The notes beneath the pieces are model-generated. The model was not told where the DNA came from. It was given only the letters and a program-made list of their open reading frames with translations, and ran no database searches. Below, one piece after another: positions 26,253 to 32,000 of a DNA stretch of 32,000 bases (its first letter is position 1; every line of letters starts with the position of its first letter). Made by a program: the position numbers and the translations under genes. Origin of the DNA: Erysipelotrichaceae bacterium (lineage in GTDB: Bacteria > Bacillota_I > Bacilli_A > Erysipelotrichales > Erysipelotrichaceae). The DNA lies in contig OY781039.1 in assembly GCA_963676105.1 (NCBI GenBank), forward strand, positions 450,001-482,000. Direction: 5' to 3'.

Positions 26253-27142
26253 GCTATAAAGCAGGATTTGTAGCGCTTATTGGTCGTCCTAACGCAGGTA
26301 AAAGCACCTTAGTTAATCGCTTAGTTAATCATAAAGTCGCGATTGTTTCAAATAAAGCACAAACAACTCGAAACACCATCAAAGCTATATTAACCACTGA
26401 AAAGTCACAGATGGTTTTTATTGATACACCTGGGATTCACAAAGCTCAACATGAAATGGGTCGTCAATTAAATAAATTATCTTTTGCATCCATTGAAGGC
26501 GTTGATCTTATTTTCTATTTATTTGATGCGACTAAATACTTTGGTAAAAGTGATCGTTTTGTTTTAGATTTATTAAAGAAACAAGACATGCCAGTTTTCT
26601 TAATCTTAAATAAAATTGATCAATTATCCCGTAAAGAACTGATTGATCGATTAAATGAACTACAAAAAGAATTTAATTTTGCAGAAATCATTCCAATTAG
26701 TGCTTTAAATAATGATAACGTCGATCGACTAATATCTGTGGCAGAAGCGTATATGCCTGAAGGTGAAAAGATGTTTCACGAAGATTGGGCACTAGATTAT
26801 CCTGAACAATTTATGATTACTGAAATCATTCGTGAGCATATTTTGCATTTAACACGTGAAGAAATTCCACATTCTGTTGCGGTTAGTTTAGATGATATGA
26901 AAGAAGATAAAAAAGGCATACTCATTCAAGCAAGCATTATTGCGGAAAGAGATTCTCAAAAAGGCATCTTAATTGGTAAGCAGGGTACGATGCTTAAAAA
27001 AGTTGGTCAAAATGCACGAGAAGAACTTCAAAAACGTTTGAATAAACCTATTTTCTTAGATTTACTGGTTAAGGTTGAACCTAATTGGCGTAATACTCGT
27101 CGCAATTTAGATCGTTTATTACACCAAGAATACGAACGTTAA
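26249..27142 (+). CDS. era: GTPase Era
   Basis: 297 aa. GTG start (GTGA overlap with cdd). G1 GRPNAGKST, G3 DTPG, NKID, and a C-terminal KH domain. Confidence 0.95.
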   Translation: MSYKAGFVALIGRPNAGKSTLVNRLVNHKVAIVSNKAQTTRNTIKAILTTEKSQMVFIDTPGIHKAQHEMGRQLNKLSFASIEGVDLIFYLFDATKYFGKSDRFVLDLLKKQDMPVFLILNKIDQLSRKELIDRLNELQKEFNFAEIIPISALNNDNVDRLISVAEAYMPEGEKMFHEDWALDYPEQFMITEIIREHILHLTREEIPHSVAVSLDDMKEDKKGILIQASIIAERDSQKGILIGKQGTMLKKVGQNAREELQKRLNKPIFLDLLVKVEPNWRNTRRNLDRLLHQEYER

Positions 27143-27894
27143 TGAAAACCGAAACCGAAGTCATTATATTATCCTCTCAAGATTATCGTGAGAGTGACGC
27201 ATTAATCAGAGTTTTATCAATAGATAAAGGTTTATTAACCTTTGTTGCTAAAGGCTTAAATAAAATAAATAGTAAAAACCGTATGGGTGCACTTCCTTAT
27301 GGAAAATCATTGTTCTTTTATGATGAAAAAGAGGGTAAAGACATCCAAAGTTTACAAACTGCACAGTCTCTTATTAATCGTTATAAGATACATGAAGATT
27401 TAGAAAAAAGTACTCTAGCCTCATTTGTGGTTGAATGTGCTGATACCTTATTGAAACATGAACAAGATATAACAATTTTAGAAGACTCTTATCATTTTAT
27501 TGATCGTATGTTTGATTTGATTGAAAAAACAGAATCATACGCTCATATCATCATCATTTCTTTGAGTCATTTTTTAGAACTATTTGGTATTCAACCTTAT
27601 GTGGATGCATGTGTTAGTTGTGGATCTACTAAAATCAATAGTATTTCAATTGAAGAAGGTGGTTTTATTTGTCATAACTGTCAACATGAAGTTCATTCAC
27701 CTATTTTTGATGTTGAAAGTTTAAAGCAGTTTCGAATTATGGGACGTTTAAGCGATGAAAATATTGATGCTTATTTGAAATTTGAGGCACCAAGTCTTAG
27801 AATGATACAGGTGTTAATACAATTTTTTGAATATCATACATCTCAGCACTTAAACACATGGGAATTCATTCAAAAATACACTATAATTAAATAG
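27142..27894 (+). CDS. recO: DNA repair protein RecO
   Basis: 250 aa. OB-fold N-terminus and zinc finger CVSCGS..CHNC. TAATG overlap with era. Confidence 0.9.
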   Translation: MKTETEVIILSSQDYRESDALIRVLSIDKGLLTFVAKGLNKINSKNRMGALPYGKSLFFYDEKEGKDIQSLQTAQSLINRYKIHEDLEKSTLASFVVECADTLLKHEQDITILEDSYHFIDRMFDLIEKTESYAHIIIISLSHFLELFGIQPYVDACVSCGSTKINSISIEEGGFICHNCQHEVHSPIFDVESLKQFRIMGRLSDENIDAYLKFEAPSLRMIQVLIQFFEYHTSQHLNTWEFIQKYTIIK

Positions 27895-27915
27895 TTATCA
27901 CTAAAAGGAGTATTT

Positions 27916-29286
27916 ATGTCAATTTCATTTGAAACCATTGTCAATCACGCAAAAAATTCAGGTTTTGTTTTTCAAGGATCTGAAATTTATGGTGGTTTAT
28001 CAAATACATGGGATTTCGGTCCTTTAGGCAGCCAATTAAAACAAAATATTAAATCTGCTTGGCGTTTAAAATTTATTCAAGCAAACCCATATAATGTAGA
28101 AATTCAAGCTGCTATCTTAATGAATCCAAAAGTATGGCAAGCAAGTGGTCATTTAAAAACCTTTGCTGATCCACTCATGGATTGTAAACAATGTAAAACG
28201 CGTCATCGAGCAGATAAGTTAATCGATGCATTTTCAGAAGGTAAAGTAAATGCCGCAACCATGTCTGTAGAAGAGATGCAAGATTACATAAAAGAACATA
28301 AAATACCATGTCCAGATTGTGGTGGTCATGAATTCACAGATATTCGTCAATTTAACTTAATGTTTAAAACATTTCAAGGTGTTTTAGAAGATTCTAAAAA
28401 CACTATTTATCTACGACCAGAAACAGCCCAAGGTATGTTTGTTAACTTTAAAAATGTACAACGTACATCTCGCAAGAAAATACCATTTGGTATTGGTCAA
28501 GTCGGCAAATCATTTAGAAATGAAATTACGCCAGGTAACTTTATTTTTAGAACACGTGAATTCGAACAAATGGAGCTCGAGTTTTTCTGCAAACCAGGGG
28601 AAGACTTAAAATGGTATGACTATTGGAAAGATTATTGTTTTAATTGGTTAGTGGATTTAGGTGTTCAAAAAGACAATTTACGTATTCGTGAACATGATCA
28701 AGAAGAATTATCACATTACTCAAATGGAACCAGCGATATTGAGTATTACTTCCCATGGGGGTTTGATGAGATATGGGGTATTGCAGATCGTACCGATTAT
28801 GATTTAAAACAACATATTGAACATTCAGGCGAAAAACTTGAATATTTAGATCCTCAAACAAATGAAAAGTATGTTCCATATTGTGTTGAACCCGCTGTTG
28901 GGATTGAACGTTTATTTTTAACTTTCTTAACGGATGCTTATGAAGAAGAACAATTAGAAAAAGATTCACGTATTGTATTACATCTTCATCCATATCTTGC
29001 GCCATTTAAAGCTTGCGTTCTACCTTTATCTAAACAATTAGGTGATCAAGCTCGTAAGATCTATAGTGATTTAGCTGAAACATTCATGGTTGAATACGAT
29101 GAATCTGGAAGTATTGGTAAACGTTATCGTCGTCAAGATGCGATTGGTACTCCATTTTGCATTACGGTTGATTTTGATACAGAAACAGATGGTAAAGTCA
29201 CCGTTCGTCATCGTGACTCTATGGAACAAGAACGTGTATCAATTGATGAACTTATACCATTTATTCAAAAAAGTTTAAAATTTTAA
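27916..29286 (+). CDS. glyQS: Glycine--tRNA ligase, homodimeric (alpha2) type
   Basis: 456 aa. Class II motifs ([25 protein letters not shown]; GIERL), CxxC..CxxC insertion, and an anticodon-binding C-terminus. Confidence 0.95.
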   Translation: MSISFETIVNHAKNSGFVFQGSEIYGGLSNTWDFGPLGSQLKQNIKSAWRLKFIQANPYNVEIQAAILMNPKVWQASGHLKTFADPLMDCKQCKTRHRADKLIDAFSEGKVNAATMSVEEMQDYIKEHKIPCPDCGGHEFTDIRQFNLMFKTFQGVLEDSKNTIYLRPETAQGMFVNFKNVQRTSRKKIPFGIGQVGKSFRNEITPGNFIFRTREFEQMELEFFCKPGEDLKWYDYWKDYCFNWLVDLGVQKDNLRIREHDQEELSHYSNGTSDIEYYFPWGFDEIWGIADRTDYDLKQHIEHSGEKLEYLDPQTNEKYVPYCVEPAVGIERLFLTFLTDAYEEEQLEKDSRIVLHLHPYLAPFKACVLPLSKQLGDQARKIYSDLAETFMVEYDESGSIGKRYRRQDAIGTPFCITVDFDTETDGKVTVRHRDSMEQERVSIDELIPFIQKSLKF

Positions 29287-29295
29287 AGGAGTTTA

Positions 29296-31074
29296 ATGAA
29301 CGAAGACATTCTAAATGAGATTCGATCTAAGACCGATATCGTCGAAACTATTCGTTCGTATATACCGGTTATAAAAAAGGGCAAGAGCTTTGCGGCTGTT
29401 TGTCCCTTTCATGATGATCATAATCCGTCGATGTCTATTTCACCTGATAAGCAAATTTATAAATGTTTTGTATGTGGGGCTGGTGGTAATGTTTTTAGTT
29501 TTGTTAGAGACTTTGAAAAAATATCGTTTAATGAGGCAGTTGAGCGCTTAGCACAACAAGCTGGTGTAGAATTAGATGCGTCATTTAAACAAAACAAAGT
29601 TCAAATAGATCCAAAAGTACAAGGCTATTATGATACTTTAGACGAATATTTACGATTTATTAAATACACATTAGCTTCCATTGATGGAAAAGAAGCCAAA
29701 ACATACTTAGAAAAACGTGGTCTATATCAAGAACAAATTCAAAAATTTGAAATTGGTTTTAACCCTAAAGATCATAAAGCTAGTGATTTTTTAGAGGCTA
29801 AAGGCTTTGATTTAGAAAAAAGAGTTCAAACGAATTTAGTTCGTGTTAATGAATTTGGACAAAAAGATGTTTTCGAAAATCGAATTGTATTCCCAATTCA
29901 CTCACCAAATGGACAAGTCTTAGGTTTTAGCGCACGTACAATGGATCCAACACATCCTAGTAAATATATCAATACAGCTGAAACACCTTTATATCAAAAA
30001 GGGAAACTACTTTATAACTATCATCGCGCAAGACAAGCTGTTAAAACAGCACAATTCATTATTCTTGTTGAAGGAGTCATGGATGTTATTGCGTATGATA
30101 AGGCAGGGGTGTCTAATGCGGTTGCTTCATTAGGTACGGCATTAACGATTGATCAAATCCGTTTACTCAAAAACGCTAGTACCAATGTCTATCTTTCTTA
30201 TGATTCAGATGATGCTGGTCAAATGGCAACACAAAAAGTTGGAAGACTACTAAGTGAACAGGGTTTCAAAGTATCAGTTTTAAGAAATAACTTAGCTAAA
30301 GATATCGATGAAACACTTCAGAGATATGGTGTTGAAGCCATACAAAATATCGTTAAATCAAAAATAAGTTTTGTAGAATATCTCTTTGAATCGAGTATGA
30401 ATCGACTAGACTTAGAAAATTATTCACAAAAGAAAGAATTTGCCCGTTTAATGATGTTAGAATTAAAGTCCATTAAAGATGCGTTTGATCAATCTCATAT
30501 GAGAAATCGCATTATGGATGTAACAGGCTTTAGTGAAGAACAACTTGATTTATTAGTTCCACAAGATCAATCAAGAAAACCACAGCTAAAAAAGTCTCAA
30601 AATCTAAGAAAAGTTTTAAAACAAAATGATTTATCTGATTGGGCTGAAAAAGAAATCTTAGGTCAAATGCTTGTGTCTCAAAATGCAATGCAAGTATTTA
30701 GAAAAGAATTAGGTTATTTCGTTAATGACTTATATCAGAAGATAGCCTTAAAGATTATGCATTACTATAGACATCACGACTCCATTGTAGTCGCTGATTT
30801 TATCAATACACTCGATTCTGACGAAGCTATTGAATGCATCACTCAAATTGTTGAAAGTGATATATACTATAATAGCTACAGTGAAAAAGCACTCTTAGAT
30901 GCGATTGTACAAGTGAAAATAAATACCATCGATATTCAAATCGACCAGTTCAAACAGGAACACAAAGAAGCACTTGTACTCGATAGCAACGAAGAGTTAA
31001 TGATTCAATATCAGTCGCTATTAAAACAGCGTCGAGAATACTTAAAGAAAAAAGGGGAGTCAAATGGCAAGTAA
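29296..31074 (+). CDS. dnaG: DNA primase
   Basis: 592 aa. Zinc ribbon CPFHDDHNPSMSISPDKQIYKCFVCGAGG. TOPRIM motifs (ILVEGVMDV, DSDDAG). SD AAGGAG. Confidence 0.96.
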   Translation: MNEDILNEIRSKTDIVETIRSYIPVIKKGKSFAAVCPFHDDHNPSMSISPDKQIYKCFVCGAGGNVFSFVRDFEKISFNEAVERLAQQAGVELDASFKQNKVQIDPKVQGYYDTLDEYLRFIKYTLASIDGKEAKTYLEKRGLYQEQIQKFEIGFNPKDHKASDFLEAKGFDLEKRVQTNLVRVNEFGQKDVFENRIVFPIHSPNGQVLGFSARTMDPTHPSKYINTAETPLYQKGKLLYNYHRARQAVKTAQFIILVEGVMDVIAYDKAGVSNAVASLGTALTIDQIRLLKNASTNVYLSYDSDDAGQMATQKVGRLLSEQGFKVSVLRNNLAKDIDETLQRYGVEAIQNIVKSKISFVEYLFESSMNRLDLENYSQKKEFARLMMLELKSIKDAFDQSHMRNRIMDVTGFSEEQLDLLVPQDQSRKPQLKKSQNLRKVLKQNDLSDWAEKEILGQMLVSQNAMQVFRKELGYFVNDLYQKIALKIMHYYRHHDSIVVADFINTLDSDEAIECITQIVESDIYYNSYSEKALLDAIVQVKINTIDIQIDQFKQEHKEALVLDSNEELMIQYQSLLKQRREYLKKKGESNGK

Positions 31075-32000
31075 AGTAAAAACATTAGAAGAATTAAAAG
31101 CAAGTTTTGTTAAAACGTATAAAAAGAAAAAGAAACTCACACAAGATGAAGTTGATAAAGCCTTAAGTATTTATGACTTAAGCGATGAAGATGCTCAAGA
31201 GTTTATAGATGGTCTTTTAAGTGCAGGCGTTAAACTCACAGAAGACATTGATGATGACGATATGGAGGATACACCTCTTGTCGTTGATGATGTCGAATCA
31301 GATGGAAATGAAGATGATGACGAAGATCATGATAAACCGGCTAAAACGGTGCGTAATTATTCTTCAAATACGGCAGCACGTGTTAACGATCCCGTTAAAC
31401 AATATTTAAAAGAAATTGGGCGTGTTGACTTATTAACATCCGCAATGGAAACAGAATATGCGATTGCCATTCGTGATGGTGTCGCGATTTATAAAGTGTG
31501 GGTCGAAAAAGTTTTTTCTTGGTTTACCCTAAATGAAGAATCAAAAGATTTTGCGAAATTAAGTGCCCAAGTTTCATATGACTTTGAAGCAGCTGAAGCT
31601 TTTAAAGAATTAGAAGCATCTGCGTTTGATATTACTTATCTCGCGATTATGAACCGCTTTAAAGTGCTTATTAATCGTGAAGAAACACTTAAGAAAGAGT
31701 TTCAAATTATTCAAGATTTTGATCGTTTTGAAGAATTAGATTATGCCAATTCATTTTCAAGTATCCGCTCAGTATTAGGATGTCCTAATTTAGCTGAACT
31801 CTTTAATGATTTAAAAACAGATGTTGAAGAATATCGTCATTTTATCTATAAGAATTTATTAATAAATATGGCAGAACATTTCTTTGATGATGTTGACCAA
31901 GCTAAAGAAGATCTACGTATTATTCATGCAGGTGATATGGCTAAACAAGAACTTATTTCTGCTAACTTACGTTTAGTTGTATCGATAGCTAAAAAATATG
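31064..32000 (+). CDS. rpoD: Primary RNA polymerase sigma factor (SigA/RpoD), 3' end beyond the window; carries an insertion of about 151 aa between regions 1.2 and 2.1
   Basis: This ORF is absent from the track because it has no stop within the window. ATG 31064 overlaps the dnaG stop by 11 nt. The translation starts [12 protein letters not shown].. and continues with an acidic region 1.1, region 1.2 ([16 protein letters not shown]) and region 2.1 ([13 protein letters not shown]) at the window end. The dnaG-sigA order is classic. Confidence 0.9.
   Translation, partial: [312 protein letters not shown]

Noticed and set aside
28640-29005. 121-aa ORF antisense to glyQS
   Set aside because: It lies entirely inside a strongly conserved CDS on the opposite strand. 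It has no SD or promoter, and its composition is typical of antisense frames in AT-rich DNA.
31221-31409. 62-aa ORF in the track near the window end
   Set aside because: It is an alternate frame of the acidic region 1.1 of rpoD. The real gene is the open frame from 31064 that has no stop within the window.
1-32000. Searched by eye for CRISPR arrays, long direct or inverted repeats, transposase/integrase/phage genes, tRNA/rRNA genes and defence-system-like gene clusters
   Set aside because: None seen. Every ORF over 100 aa except one has a clear housekeeping identity, and intergenic space is at most 138 nt. A computational repeat or tRNA scan could still find small elements I missed.
1-32000. 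Possibility of the Mollicutes genetic code (TGA = Trp), given the low GC and Mollicutes-like gene content
   Set aside because: Several full-length conserved genes terminate at TGA (for example the ATGA junctions at 6619, 17835, 18599 and 19861, and GTGA at 14454 and 26249). All proteins are full length under the standard code.

Overview
This is a low-GC window (about one-third GC by eye) using the standard genetic code: TGA acts as a stop, for example in the ATGA overlaps at 6619, 17835 and 18599. It looks like the core chromosome of a Bacillota-type organism, possibly an Erysipelotrichia-like or Mollicutes-related lineage that still makes a cell wall, since murE is present. I call 32 protein genes, 30 on the + strand, packed with many 1-20 nt overlaps. 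Gene order closely follows two Bacillus subtilis housekeeping regions. The first is rnjB..spoIIIE/ftsK..ymfF/ymfH plus thyB-dfrA-ypkP and scpA-scpB..rluB. The second is rsmE-mtaB..rpsU..phoH..ybeY-dgkA-cdd-era-recO..glyS..dnaG-sigA. A BMP-type nucleoside ABC importer, pncB, murE and deoC are interspersed. I found no rRNA or tRNA genes, CRISPR arrays, transposases, integrases or long repeats. I also found no convincing multi-gene novel system: this reads as an ordinary, highly syntenic housekeeping region. The items most worth a second look are four. (1) An insertion of about 151 aa between regions 1.2 and 2.1 of the primary sigma factor. (2) An orphan 255-aa gene translationally coupled between rsmE and mtaB. 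(3) An RNase J paralog with two substituted metal ligands. (4) Small regulatory oddities: a perfect 15-bp palindrome in front of the BMP operon, extended -10 boxes almost abutting the ybeY and scpA start codons, and glyQS without room for a T-box. All functional calls come from reading the translations and recalling family motifs. No database search was run.
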